NCBI GenBank assembly: GCA_964016885.1
Contig: OZ024743.1
Coordinates: 70,928,001-70,992,000 of the forward strand
DNA: 64,000 bases
From: Eledone cirrhosa
Lineage: Eukaryota
Reading direction: 5' to 3'
Part shown: positions 28,702 to 44,156 of the stretch, one piece after another
Layout of the letters: every line of letters begins with the position of its first letter
Numbering within the stretch: the stretch's first letter is position 1
Made by a program: the position numbers and the translations under genes
The notes under the pieces: generated by a model
Told to the model about the DNA's origin: nothing
What the model saw: the letters and a program-made list of their open reading frames with translations, nothing else
Database searches by the model: none

Positions 28702-29921
28702 GTTGGTAATTTATATTTTTGTTGCTTTATTTTTCTTATTTATTCTGTTACTGTTGTGTAAAGGTGTGTGACCTAACTGTTATGGTATTGAACTCATCAT
28801 CATTAAGTTGTGGGTTCAATTCCTGGACTGGGCAGTACATTATGTTTTTGAGCAAGATGCTTCATTTCGTGTTGTTTTTCATTATGGGACTTGGGTTTCT
28901 ATCATTAACACTTAACATCCTCTAAAAATTTAGCAGAAACAAAGACAATGTCACAGGACTGAGATCTCTGATGTTAAGCAGTAATACAGAAGACCTGCCA
29001 TCCCATGGGCATATGCTGAAGCTGAAGCATACATACAGTGTACACCACCTTCACCTCTACCCACTCTTATATACACACCTCCCCTGAGGACAGGCTGAAG
29101 CATACATCTAGTGAAGCCCACACTGTAAAGTGGTCATAAGGGTGACACAACAAAAAGCGCCCAGCCCAAATTGTAAAGTGGTCGTGTATGTATCACAACA
29201 AACAAAAAAGCACAGCTCACTCTGTAAAGTGGTAGTGTATGTGTCATGACAAAAGTCCCCCAGTACTCACTGTAAATGTGGTTGGCATTAGGAAGGATAT
29301 CCAGCTGTAGAAACCAAGCCAAAATCAGTTCTGTATGAACAAAACATGGTCACCTGACTTGACATTTCTAACAACAGGAGAACTCGTCTAACCCATGCTA
29401 GCATGGAAAAATGGACGTTAAATGGTGATGATGGTGATGATAACATATCCATACCAGCACAGTCTTCTCTCTTGCACACCACATCAGCCTCCTCTTATAT
29501 CCAGCTTTTCTCTCAGTTCATTCATGTGCACTAAGATTGTACATCCAACTAAGTACTTCATTTCTCCAGTATATCCTCTACATTTACAGTCCATGTCTCA
29601 CTGCAATTCAACACAACACTTTTTAAGAGTCATAAAACCTTCAGTCATAAAGAAAAAATTGCTTGGTTGTCAACAGAGGTAGTATCTCTCTAAACTTTAC
29701 TCAGCCTGTTATAGTCATAATCATTGATATACAAAATGATAGAATGGTCATGGTTGGGTTGTCTTGTAGCAGTGTAACAGATTGAAGTGATTGAGTTATT
29801 ATCAGTATGGAGGTCATTGAGGTGACATATGTAAATAAAGATCACTGATAATATATCTTATGACCTGATTGGAAGGAAGAGCTGTTGCTGGGGCTGGTGG
29901 TAGTGATATGATAGATATATA

Positions 29922-30441
29922 TGGAGGTATGGGGTACTGATGTGATAGGGGTGTGTGGTGGTATGGGGTACTGATGTGATAGGGGTGTGTGGAGGTATGA
30001 GGTACTGATGTGATAGGGGTGTGTTGAGGTATGGGGTACTGATGTGATAGGGGTGTGTGGAGGTATGGGGTACTGATGTGATAGAGGTGTGTGGAGGTAT
30101 GGGGTACTGATGTGATAGAGGTGTGTGGAGGTATGGGGTACTGATGTGATAGAGGTGTGTGGAGGTATGGGGTACTGATGTGATAGAGGTGTGTGGAGGT
30201 ATGGGGTACTGATGTGATAGAGGTGTGTGGAGGTATGGGGTACTGATGTGATAGGGGTGTGTGGAGGTATGGGGTACTGATGTGATAGAGGTGTGTGGAG
30301 GTATGGGGTACTGATGTGATAGGGGTGTGTAGAGGTATGGGGTACTGATGTGATAGAGGTGTGTGGAGGTATGGGGTACTGATGTGATAGAGGTGTGTGG
30401 AGGTATGGGGTACTGATGTGATAGGGGTGTGTAGAGGTATA
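29922..30441. repeat. 33-bp minisatellite, about 16 copies
   Basis: Unit GTGTGTGGAGGTATGGGGTACTGATGTGATAG(A/G)G. Confidence 0.95.
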
Positions 30442-30524
30442 GGAGAAGAGGTCTGATAGGGACTCAGATGCACACATCCTTACATACATTATATATATAT
30501 ATGTATATGTGTATATATACACAC

Positions 30525-30571
<47 letters not shown>

Positions 30572-30981
30572 TATATATATACACATATATCATCATCATC
30601 ATCTTACGTCTGCTTTTCCCTGCTTGCAAGGGTGGGACGGGAACTGATTCTGGCTTGATTTCTACAGCTGGATGCCCTTCCTAACACCAACCTCATTTAC
30701 AGTGAGTGCTGGGTGCTTTTTTGCCGTGGCACCTCCACGACCACTTTGCAGTGGAATGATATGGACCCCAGTCCCTATCATCTCATTTCTACAGCTGAGT
30801 AAACTGGAGCAATGTGAAATAAAGTGTCTTGCTCAAGGAAACAACACATCACCCGGTCTGAGAATTGAACTCACAACCTTTCGATTGCAAGGCCAATGCT
30901 CTAACCACTAAGCCATGTACATATATATATATATATATATGTACATGCACCTCTTTGCCATATACATACATCATCATCATC

Positions 30982-31064
<83 letters not shown>

Positions 31065-31415
31065 TATATTTTTCATTGGTGTTTATTGAATGTTATTCTT
31101 GGCACAAAGTCAACTTTATGTCCTTGAATTTTGTTTTCAGTTCATTGAAAAGAGAATTAAATATTGCCAGTGAATAGTGTTGAATGAGTTACTTTAGATA
31201 AGCTGACCTGTGTTGCTGTGGCATGAAAATCTTGATAGATTTTCTATATAGGATATGTTTGAAAGGAGTATATACTTGACAGAGGGTGAATTGCTAGTTG
31301 CTAGAATGATTTGAAGTGTTCATTTGAGCTCTCTGAGTTTCTGAGTAAAAAACACACTAAAGTCATATTTGCCTTTGTTTGCAGTCAATAAAAACAGCTC
31401 CAGCCCAGTACTGGG

Positions 31416-31490
<75 letters not shown>

Positions 31491-32292
31491 ATCCTTCTCT
31501 ATCTATCTATCTATCTATTTATCTGTCGTCTCACTCTCTTTCTTTCTCTCTCTCTGTCTCTCGCTGTGGTTTGCAGCCTCCAGGCCTGTAAAGGGGTTGA
31601 ACTCCACCACATTTCAAGTGTCCAAGAAATGCTATATGTCACAGTGGTGCCCCTACAATTTCAGCAGCAATTAAGGGACCATATACTTACAAATAAAGTA
31701 CCAGTCCCGTACTGAGATTGATCCTCAATACCACTTTCTCAATTCCTTTCTATCACTGTCTCACTCCTTGTGTGGGAGAAATCAGCTTCGTTCAGACCTG
31801 GATAGGGGGTGGGCTCCACCAGGTTTAACAAGAGCCCAAGCCATGCCATATGTCAATATGACACTCCTACAACTTCATTAAGTGTTTCAGGTCCAAACAT
31901 ACATATGTACATATTAATAGCAATGATGATGATGGATCCTCTATTGGTCTTGATAAACTTATAGCTGTTCAATCAAATGAATGACTCATGAATTAACATG
32001 TATGGTTGAATATTCCACAAACATATGTTGCCTTCATTAGCTGAATAAGAATGACACAATATGTGATAAAGTATAATTACAAATACAGTCATACTGATGG
32101 GCTTCCAAATAGTTTCTGTCAACCCAATGTCATTGACAAAATTAAATTTGATCTGAGGTTATTGAAAAAAGACTCTTGCCCAAGATATATATGTGTGTGT
32201 AGATATATTTTCTATAAGTCTATATACATATATATATATAGATATATAGATATAGATGTGAGAAAAACCACAGACCCTCCATCTCTCAACTC

Positions 32293-32332
32293 TTCTTTTG
32301 AAAAGCAGAAGAACTGCGAAACCGGTAAAGGA
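32293..32332 (+). ncRNA. Hammerhead motif, U3-A8 core variant
   Basis: ttctt TTGAAAA GCAG aagaa CTGC GAAA CCGG TA aagga, with an ACCGGT palindromic stem III. Confidence 0.68.
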
Positions 32333-32403
32333 ACCAAATAAATATATATAATTTTTTAAAATAAGACTCCAGTTGCATTTTCGATTTCATCTTTTTTTCT
32401 TTA

Positions 32404-32458
<55 letters not shown>

Positions 32459-32504
32459 ATATATGTGTGTGTGTGTATATATATATATATATGTGTGTGT
32501 GTGT

Positions 32505-33350
32505 ATCATCATCATCATCATCAACGTTTAACGTCCGTGTTCCATGCTTGCATGGGTTTGGACGGGGGTTTTCGCACTTGAGGCAAGAGTGATTGTCTTG
32601 CTCACATAGGACTGTCTGGCAGGTTTTCTACAGTTGGATGCCCTTCCTAACACCAACCACATTTACAGTGTGGGTCTGGGAGGTTTTTACCGTGTTGCCT
32701 ACACGGCCACATTACAGCGTGGACTGTGTGTTTTTTTTGTCGTGACACCTACACAATCTCATTTGTTTCGGCCTGGATGGTGTGGCACCAACATAACTTT
32801 ACATAGAAGGGGGCGGTGTGGATGGGGTGGGGGTGGTGGGACGGGGGTGTATTTTGTTAGAGATGCCTACTGACTGTAGTAGGTTTTACTTTGTATTTAG
32901 GTAAGGCGGGTCTTCTCTATTACTGAGTACCGCCAAAGGTCTCGGTCCAGTGACATTGTCTTGGTGAGGTGTAAGTGTGTGAGGTCGGAGTTTATCAGCT
33001 CGTCCCAGGTTTTCCTGGGTCTCCCTATTCCGTGGCTACCGTCTATCTTTATTGCCCTGCACTTTGTTATACAGCTATCGTCCTTCATGCGCATCACGTG
33101 ACCATACCAACGTAGCCTTCTCTCGAGTAAACAACATCTGATCCCTCTTATTTCTAATTTTTTCCTTAGTTCGTTTATGCTTTGTTGTTCACGTATATTA
33201 CTATTACACATCCAGCGGAGCATGCAAGCTTCGTTTCTCTCTAGTCTGCGTATATCCTCTGCACACAATGCCCAGGTCTCACTGCCATGCAACATTGCTC
33301 TTCATATGCAGCCATCGTACAACCTGCCTTTCATTTTTAGGGAGAACCCT
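32505..33350 (-). mobile_element. RTE 3' fragment
   Basis: ORF 32897-33295 (MLHGSETW...GRPRKTW) is almost identical to the C-terminus of the 50905 element. Confidence 0.92.
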
Positions 33351-33434
33351 TTAATATATATATATATATATGTGTATGTGTGTATGTGTGTGTATATGTA
33401 TATATATATGTGTGTGTGTATATGTATATATATA

Positions 33435-33481
<47 letters not shown>

Positions 33482-33514
33482 ATGTATTTATATATATATG
33501 TGTGTGTATATATG

Positions 33515-33553
<39 letters not shown>

Positions 33554-34175
33554 AGATATATTTTCCTGTGTGTGTGTAGTGTGTATATATATAATTGTTT
33601 CTACCTTAGGCACAAGGCCAGCAATTACCCAGTGCATTACTGGTACTTTATTTTATCGACCCTGTAAGGATGAAAGGCAAAGTCAACCTCGGCGGGATTT
33701 GAACTCAGATCATAAAGGGACGTAATTATGCTGGAAAGCATGGCGTCCGACGCTCTACTGATACTGCCAATATAATGGAATATCTTTGGTTTGCTCTGAT
33801 TAACAGTGACAATCAACAACCACCATTCACAAATGCCTCAAATACCACTATTTCCCACAATTCCCCACCTCCACTAACACTCTTTAGACATCCCCCATAC
33901 CTCTATACACTTCAACCTATCATATCACTACCAACACCAACAACCCTTCCTTCCAATCAGGTCATAAGATATATTATCAATGATCTTAATTTACATATGT
34001 CACCTCAATGACCTCCATACTGACAATACCTCAATCACTTCAATCTGTTACACTCAGTGGGTTTCTGGTGACTCCACCTGCTTATTGTTGTCTATTGTTC
34101 ACATTCACTGAATAAGCTTATGTGCTGTGCTATTTCCATGTTAATTTTTAACATTCACTTTCAATTGTATATGAT

Positions 34176-34253
<78 letters not shown>

Positions 34254-34766
34254 AATCGCGAGTGACTCAGGGTAATGATACTAAATATGATACTTAAGTG
34301 AGGACAAAGAAATTTAGTATAGGGATGGCTTTTTCAGGAATAGAACGGTTTCATTCATATGAAAACATCAGGAATGCCTGATGATTTCATACAAATGAAA
34401 CAGTTCAAGTCCCATAGAAGCCATTTCTATATAAATGTTGTTATATACAGCATATTGAAAAGTTCCTGCCTTTGGGTAAAAGAAAATACTGGAGGGTCAG
34501 TTATTTATCATTTGGCAGTATCGGTAGAGGGTCGGACGCCATGCTTTCCAGCATAGTTACGTCCCTTTACGATCTGAGTTCAAATCCCGCCGAGGTTGAC
34601 TTTGCCTTTCATCCTTACGGGGTTGATAAAATAAAGTACCAGTAATGCACTGGGTATTTGCTGGCCTTGTGCCTAACGTAGAAACAATTATATTGAACAT
34701 ATTCCCCTCTCAGATTCACACACTTAATTTAGTGGTCCTACCTCCCCTGTAGCCTTAATAAAAGGA

Positions 34767-35474
<708 letters not shown>

Positions 35475-35566
35475 TAATAACTCTAGAAAATATTTGTTAC
35501 CGTAGAGTGCTTCCAATCTACTGTAAAACTCATTCTTTGATGTACTCATTGAATCTTGTTTAACTC

Positions 35567-35608
<42 letters not shown>

Positions 35609-35665
35609 TCATCATCGTTGTTTTAACGTCCGCATTTCCAGCTAGAAAGGGTTGGACAGGTCCAC

Positions 35666-35697
<32 letters not shown>

Positions 35698-36365
35698 GTT
35701 TAACGTCCATCTTCCACGCTAGCATGGGTTAGACGGGAATTGTCCTACTCGAGGCAAGATTGGTCGGGTGACCGTGTCTCACTCGCATAGGACTATCTGG
35801 CAGGGTTTCTACGGCTGGATGCCCTTCCTAACACCAACCACATTTACAGTGTGGACTGGGAGCTTCTTACCGTGTTACCACAGCGTGGATTGTGTATTTT
35901 TTGTCGTGACACCTACACGATCTCATTAGTTTGGACTGGATGCTGTGGTACCAACATAATTACTTTAGAGAGAAAGGGTGGTGTTGGCGGGAGTGGGAGG
36001 ATGGAGTAGGGGTAGTGGGTTGGGGTGTATATTTGGTTTGGAGGGGCCTACTGACTGTAGGTTAACTTTGTACATAGGGAAGGCGGGTCTTCTGTTATAC
36101 TGCGTGGTGCCAAAAATCTCGATCCAGTGACATTGTCTAAGAGAGGTGCAAGTGTGTAAGGTCGGACTTTATGATGTTGTCCCAGTTTTTTCTGGGTCTA
36201 CCTACTCCGTGACTTCCATCAATTTTGATCGCCCTGCACTTTTTTTATACAGCTGTCGTCTTTCATGCGCATCACGTGTCCATACCAACATAATCTTCTT
36301 TCGAGTAAACAGCATCTGATCCCTCTTATTCCTAATTTCTCACTTAGTTCATTTATGTTTTGCCA
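35666..36365 (-). mobile_element. RTE 3' fragment (subfamily of the 17-21 kb element)
   Basis: Matches 17140-17800 by inspection, with (CAT)n at the left end. Confidence 0.88.
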
Positions 36366-36766
36366 TCCAAGTCATTACTAAAGTAGAGCCACTCATCTCC
36401 CAGGCAAACCAGGGATTTGTGTCTTGCTTATGTATGGGCGCACATTCCATTGGGTGCTCAGAAGAGGATGTCAAGTCATTGACACTCCTGTGGGTCCTCC
36501 CAAACCTTTGTTAGCAATATTTCAATGGCTGCATTGCCTTCCTATCACCAACCACTTTACAGCATGTACTGGGTGTGTTTATCATGTAAATCACCAACAC
36601 TAGGGAGGTTCTCAGATCCTTGACATGACTACCCACATACACACACATATATCATCCTTTTTACATCCATTTTACATTCATTTTTGACACAACTGTACAA
36701 AATATTCGTGCCTGTCATAATGTAGATAACAAATCCTATATTCAAAGTCAATATTTTGTATTTCAG

Positions 36767-36828
36767 GTCAAATATTTACTACAAGCCGCAGATTGAATCG
36801 AGAAGCAAAAGAAGAACATATATTAACG
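36767..36828 (+). CDS. Fat-like cadherin exon B (62 nt, phase 1-0), not in ORF track
   Basis: Splice sites tttcag|GT and ACG|gtaaga. Encodes GQIFTTSRRLNREAKEEHILT and bridges the phases of exons A and C exactly. Confidence 0.93.
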
Positions 36829-37484
36829 GTAAGAATTAAATTATGTACACTTGACTCTATGGTATTGTTATTTAGCTTATAGTATATATGCCTTTCTTAT
36901 CATCATAATTCATCACACATCTAATGGGTTGGATAAGTTGTCACAGTCCAAGTCAGTCATGATTTCAAATTATTTCCCTAGATAGATTGATGGCCACACA
37001 TCAGTGTGTGTGTGCACGTGTAGATCTATATATATATATATATATATGATGCAGGTCGCACCCGGGACTCGGGTTACAAATGCGCGGCGTTCATCGCCGT
37101 CGTCGTTCCGTCTTCCTGCGCGGTCCCAACAGACCGCGACCAATGCGCATTGGTCACGGCGCAAATATCAGACTGATACCGACGACACGTCGGATGTCGG
37201 CAGCGCCGTTCGCAGTTAGCTGCATATGGTCACGCCTATCTAATGGAGGCACATGGCTTAGTGGTTAGAGCATTGGCCTTGCAATCGAAAGGTTGTGAGT
37301 TCAATTCTCAGACCGGGTGAAGTGTTGTTTCCTTGAGCAAGACACTTTATTTCACATTGCTCCAGTTTACTCAGCTGTAGAAATCAAGACAGAACCAGTT
37401 CCCGTCCCACCCTTGCAAGCAGGGAAAAAAACAGACGTAAAATGAAATGATGAAAAAATGATGATGATATATATATATATATAT

Positions 37485-37539
<55 letters not shown>

Positions 37540-37568
37540 TATATATGTATATATTTATATATAGATAT

Positions 37569-37654
<86 letters not shown>

Positions 37655-37802
37655 ACATATACACACACACACAAACATATAAATGTATGCATATACACAC
37701 ATATACGCATACACATATACGCATATATATACACACACACACAGAAACACAAATGTATGCATATACACAAATATATATACACATGCATATATATATTTAT
37801 AT

Positions 37803-37839
<37 letters not shown>

Positions 37840-38202
37840 AATAAAAGGAGCAACACAAAGCCAGCCTATGATTATGAATACATAAATAAAATCTATATGT
37901 AAATCATATACAATATGTTTAATAAAGATATACAATGTCTGTGAAAATGGTTCCAGCCATAGAACCTTTCTCTCAACTACCAAACTTCCTTTGATTTCTC
38001 CATAGATTATATTTTCATGGTCAGGGACCTCATATATCTTTATTAAATATAATGTATATGAGTCTGTATATATATTCACATATATTTACATATTTCTTTA
38101 TATATATATGCATGTGTGTATATATATATATATATAGTCAGAGAGAGAGAACACACAAGCTGAAACTGCTTGGCGCCAAGGTCGGGATTTTACATATCTC
38201 TC

Positions 38203-38375
<173 letters not shown>

Positions 38376-38906
38376 GTATATAATATATATATATAATATA
38401 TATATATAATATATATATATATAATATATATATATAATATATATATATAATATATATATATATAATATATATAATATATATATATATAATATATATATAT
38501 AATATATATATATATAATATATATATATAATATATATATATAATATATATATATATAATATATATAATATATATATATATAATATATATATATTATATAT
38601 ATATATAATATATATATATAATATATATATATATAATATATATATATAATATATATATATATAATATATATATATAATATATATATATATAATATATTTA
38701 TATATAATATATATATATATTATATATATATATAATATATATATATATATAATATATATAATATAATATATATATATATATAATATATATAATATATATA
38801 TATATAATATATATATATATTATATATATATATAATATATATATATATAATATATATATATATTATATATATATATAATATATATATATATAATATATAT
38901 ATATAT

Positions 38907-38985
<79 letters not shown>

Positions 38986-39361
38986 GTTTAAACTAGTCAA
39001 ACCAATTATTCAACAGAGTATTTGATACTTAGGAAAGTAAAGTGCGACTAAATTAGAGTCAGCCTGATGGCTGGGGTCGTGCCGTTCCAACACCAAATTT
39101 CAGGTATTGAAAAGGCAAGGGTTCAATCATCAGTCCCTGACTCTTTCTAATTTTTATACATATATCTATCTATATATATATATATATCATCATCATCATC
39201 ATCATCATTGTTTAATGTCCATCTTCCACGCTAGTAGGGGTTAGACGGTTTTGTTCCATTTGATGCGGGAATGGTTGGGAGACCATGTCTCGCTCATACA
39301 AAAGTGCCCCTGGCAGGTTTTTTACAGCTGGATGGCCTCCCTAACACCAACCACATTTACA

Positions 39362-39413
<52 letters not shown>

Positions 39414-39866
39414 CCTTGCAATCGAAAGATTGTGAGTTCAATTCTCAGACCAGGCGATGTTGTTTCCTTGAGCAAGACACTTTATTTCACATTGCTCCAA
39501 TTTACACAGCTGTAGAAATGAGATGATAGGGACTGGGGTCCATATCATTCCACTGTAAAGTGGACGTGTAGGTGCCACGGCAAAAAAGCACCCAGCACTC
39601 ACTGTAAATGAGTTTGGTGTTAGGAAGCGCATCCAGCTGTAGAAATCAAGCCAGAATCAGTTCCCGTCCCACCCTTGCAAGCAGGGGAAAAGCAGAAGTA
39701 AAATGAAATGATGATGATGATATATATATATATAGTTGGGGAGGGTCATATTGTTGTAATATTGCCAGAAATAATAGCAGAACACACTCACTGTTTGGTT
39801 GGTGACCCTCCCCAAGTATAACAATATTTGTTTCGACACACGATTTCATATCAAAAACCTTGCAAA

Positions 39867-39909
<43 letters not shown>

Positions 39910-39976
39910 AAATTGAGATAAATTAAATGAATTTAATCCAAATCGAAATTATGGGTGTCATGCCATAACGGCATGC

Positions 39977-40026
<50 letters not shown>

Positions 40027-40513
40027 TACATACATGCATATATATTTACAAACATACATATATCTGTATAACATTTGAAATCTGAAGATATAATCACCAC
40101 AACACAAATAACTATCATAATAGTTGATAACTATGGCATGTCTGTTCACTTTCTTCAGTCTTCAGAGCTACTTTATCTGATTTATTCAACTATTATTTAT
40201 AGTCATCTGCATTGTGGCAACATATTCTTTCAAATAAACTACACACACAGACATACATATATATATTTATATATATATGAAATATCATTAAGACAGGGTT
40301 AGTTTTACATAAATGTTTTATTGCAATAAAATAATTATGTAAAATTAATCCTGTCTTAGCAATATTTCAAAAATGGAAACTCTGTCACACCTGATAATCA
40401 ACATTTAGCTTGGATACACTACTGACGTGAAGTGCTTTTGGATTGTTTAAACCAGTTTATCCTCATGGTGTTACAGCATAATCTCCACAGATAAGCTCCT
40501 TGATTATCTGCAC

Positions 40514-40607
40514 TATAGGATTTAATATAGAAATGGCTTCTACAGGATTAGAACTGTTTCATTCAAAGGAAAGCATCAGGAAAGCCATTTCTATATTAAA
40601 TCCTGTA
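40514..40607 (-). ncRNA. Hammerhead-like motif with ~27-bp stem I (relatives at 34324-34432, 27268-27330, 24951-24990, 53928-53967)
   Basis: Minus strand reads ...gaaatggctttc CTGATGC TTTC cttt GAAT GAAA CAG ttctaatc CTG TA gaagccatttc... The copies at 34378 and 27313 keep CTGATGA. Confidence 0.55.
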
Positions 40608-41313
40608 TATACTCTACTATGTATTGAGTACCTTACTTAATGTGATTGAACCCAGGACTCACACACGCATATAAAAGTAATATATATATATTTTTGTCAT
40701 ATCACCAATCTGATGAGCAGATTGATACTGGAGTTGGGTCCATAACTTCTATGTGTTACCTCGAGCCAATCCTCTGCACAACACACATAACAGGTCGATG
40801 CACAATAAATATTTTTCATATGTAAACAAAACTTCCCTCGGTTTTTTTTCTATTATAATATACACTCTGCCTGCGCATAGATTGCTTGATTTGGCACCAA
40901 CACCAGTATTCCACTGTACTACTTACACTATATATATAACCAATGCTAGCATGGAAATTGGATGTTAAATGATGATGATAATCATCATCATTTCATTTTA
41001 CGTCCGCTTTTCCCTGCTTGCAAGGGTTGGACGGGAACTGATTCTGGCTTGATTTCTACAGCTGGATGCCCTTCCTAACACCAACCTCATTTACAGTGAG
41101 TGCTGGGTGCTTTTTTGCCGTGGCACCTCCACGACCACTTTGCAGTGGTATGATATGGACCCCAGTCCCTATCATCTCATTTCTACAGCTGAGTAGACTG
41201 GAGCAATGTGAAATAAAGTGTCTTGCTCAAGGAAACAACACATCACCCGGTCTGAGAATTGAACTCACAACCTTTCGATTGCAAGGCCAATGCTCTAACC
41301 ACTAAGCCATGTG

Positions 41314-41357
<44 letters not shown>

Positions 41358-41577
41358 GAGAGAGAGAGAGAGAGTATGCAATGGTTTGACCTGCTCTGTA
41401 CTGAAGCAGAGCTATTAATCTCTCAGGTTGGCTGAGGGCTCAGCATATGATGCCATGCTCTACTGAGTGTGTTTTATCATGGTACACACATATATACACT
41501 CACATACACCCACATAGACCTGTTCCATCCTTCATCTTTCTGTTATTTATTTGTATATTTGTATAATCCTTGACCAG

Positions 41578-41880
41578 GTCACCGTAAAGGACAATGGTGT
41601 CCCCAACCTAAGTTCTTCAACCCAGGTGATTGTCCACATTGAGGACGAGAATGACCATGCCCCAGAGTTCATCAACACCCCTTACCGTCTTCAGGTGCCA
41701 GCTTCTCCAAAGGGTACAAAACTATTTCGTGTGATGGCCAAGGACATTGACATCGGCAACAATGCTGATATCACCTATTCCATAAAGAGGCGGAAAGTAC
41801 AACGATTCATTATTGACCCAACAACAGGAATAATTTCATGTCAGGAAGACCTCAGAGCTGGATCCAATTTTGAGTTTATT
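41578..41880 (+). CDS. Fat-like cadherin exon C (303 nt, phase 0-0)
   Basis: Splice sites gaccag|GTC and ATT|gtaagt. Encodes VTVKDNGVPNLSSSTQVIVHIEDENDHAPEF... Confidence 0.95.
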
Positions 41881-42609
41881 GTAAGTATGACCACATTTCT
41901 AATGAAATACACTATGTTAATTAATTAATTTTTTTTACGTATGTATGTACGTATGTACATATGTATTTACGTATATTTGTATGTGTGTATGTACGTATGT
42001 ACATATGTATGTACATACATATGTATGTATGTATGTATGTAGGTACATATAGTGCGGGGTTTTTTTCACCTGGGAGTGAAAGGCCCCTAGTTTTTGTCAC
42101 AACACCTTTCTAAGAGAGGGAAACTCTGAAAAAAAAAACCTGCGGCTTCGGAAACATCCGATAATGTTGACTAGTTCTCCTTTTTGAGTAGTGTTTTCGA
42201 TGTTCAGAGAGTTGGATTGGTCGAGTGCAAGGCATTTCCCCACTTAAAAAACCTTCAAAGCACAGGCATTGCTTGTTCAGGATCTGTTACAGGTTTGTGT
42301 GAATGGCCGTAGCCTAAAAGTGCACCAAACTCTATAATCTCACAAGCGATTGCAGTACTCTTAGCAGAGTTTGCAGCCATCATGTAGGTACATATTATAT
42401 ATGTACATACATACATATATGTATATATGCATATATGCATACACACACACACATGCATACACACACACACATACATTCATACATACACACACACTTACAT
42501 ACATATACATACATACCATACCCACACATGCATCTGTGTGTATGTATGATTATCTCTAGTGGCACCACCATTGCCACCATCATGTTTATCACGTGGTTTA
42601 TATTTCCAG

Positions 42610-42823
42610 GTAAAAGCTACAGATCATGGCAATCCAGCACTGAAGTCTACTACAAAAGTGAAAATCAAAGTGGTTAAGGTGGAAACATACTCAACTAACC
42701 CTCCATTGTTTAACAAGAAACACTTATCTGAAGAAATTATGGAGAATGATAGAGTTGGCAAATGGATTGTTCTAGTGCAAGCCTTTGACGTGGATAAGGA
42801 CAAGATTTGGTATTCTATTGAGG
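42610..42823 (+). CDS. Fat-like cadherin exon D (214 nt, phase 0-1)
   Basis: Splice sites ttccag|GTA and GAGG|gtaagt. Encodes VKATDHGNPALKST...QAFDVDKDKIWYSIE. Confidence 0.95.
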
Positions 42824-43191
42824 GTAAGTTTGGTGTGGGTTTTTTTTCTGCTCTGTTATTATTTTATTATACATACATCCACAGGCATATATACATGCGC
42901 GTGCGTGCGCAAGCACACACACACATACATATGTGCATTTTTATATATATAACTTTGATAACTTTGATAGGTTTCAGCCAGTATTAGCCCAGGCCATGTC
43001 TAACTTAGTAGCACTGCAATCAGAGGCCATATTCAGTTGATTCAGGTTTATTTGAAACTCCATTATACATATTTCACTGAGGACTATCAGTTATGGCAGC
43101 CTGAGATCTTTAGATGGTAAGACCTATAAAACAATAAAAGTTCCTAAAAGGACCTTTAAGTTTGGAAAAATCCAATAACTTCCCATGCTCT

Positions 43192-43975
43192 TCATCATCA
43201 TCATCATCATCAACGTTTAACGTCCGTGTTCCATGCTTGCATGGGTTTGGACGGGGGTTTTCCCACTTGAGGCAAGAGTGATTATCTTGCTCGCATTGGA
43301 CTATCTGGCGGGTTTTCTACAGCTGGATGCCCTTCCTAACACCAACCACATTTACAGTGTGGGGCTGGGAGGTTTTTACCGTGTTGCCTACACGGCCACA
43401 TTACAGCGTGGACTGTCTGGCGGGTTTTCTACAGCTGGATGCCCTTCCTAACACCAACCACATTTACAGTGTGGGGCTGGGAGGTTTTTACCGTGTTGCC
43501 TACACGGCCACATTACAGCGTGAACTGTGTGTTTTTTTTGTCGTGACACCTACACGATCTCATTTGTTTCGGCCTGGATGTTGTGGCACCAACATAACTT
43601 TACATTGAAAGGGGCGGTGTGGATGGGGTGGGGGTGGTGGGACGGGGGTGTATTTTGTTAGAGATGCCTACTTATATATATATATATATATATAATGTTG
43701 GTGTCACAACATCCCGCCCGAAACAAATGAGGTCATGTAGGTGTCACAACAAAAAAACACACAGTCCACGCTGTAATGTGGCCGTGTAGGTAACACGGTA
43801 AAAACCTCCTAGTTCCACACTGTAAATGTGGTTGGTGTTAGGAAGGGCATCCAGCCGTAGAAAACCCGCCAGACAGTCCTATGCGAGCAAGACAACCACT
43901 CTTGCCTCAAGTGGGAAAACCCCTGTACAAACCCATGCAAGCATGGAATATGGACGTTAAATGATGATGATGATA
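43192..43975. mobile_element. Two RTE 3' UTR fragments in opposite orientation (43192-43670 minus, 43696-43975 plus)
   Basis: Both match the RTE 3' UTR. They are separated by a short TA tract. Confidence 0.85.
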
Positions 43976-44101
43976 TATATCATTCATATGATTCCAGTTC
44001 CTCAGTGAAATAACAACCCAACCAGGAACTGGGCATATCAGAGTATTGACAAAATTATACACCTCAAAACATATGTACTTGTCTATACCACACTAATTCA
44101 A

Positions 44102-44156
44102 ACTGCCTGAAGAGGTCACAGCCAAAGATGGCTGTCACTGAAATATATATAGCAGT
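44102..44156 (+). ncRNA. Hammerhead ribozyme motif
   Basis: actgc CTGAAGA GGT c ACAGCCA aaga TGGCTGT c ACT GAAA TATATA TA gcagt, followed by AATAAA. AUA triplet. Confidence 0.82.

Noticed and set aside
29922-30441. CRISPR-like regular array
   Set aside because: The units are contiguous with no unique spacers, there are no cas genes, and the context is eukaryotic.
31385-31414. Possible 30-nt phase 1-1 microexon (VNKNSSSPVL) after tttgtttgcag
   Set aside because: The donor G|gtttca is poor, so it is not supportable without RNA data.
38162-38189. GAAAC..CTTGGCGCCAAG GTC half-hammerhead
   Set aside because: Only a 3' half is present, with no 5' core or mirror arm, so it is too short to call.
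40710-40800. CTGATGA GCAGA...TCTGC hammerhead-like start
   Set aside because: It is followed by ACAA rather than GAAA, with no clear stem I or III, so at best a dead remnant.
43060-43097. Minus-strand CTGATAG...GAAATATGTATA atgg
   Set aside because: The core is incomplete and the 5' strand of stem II is missing. Remnant only.
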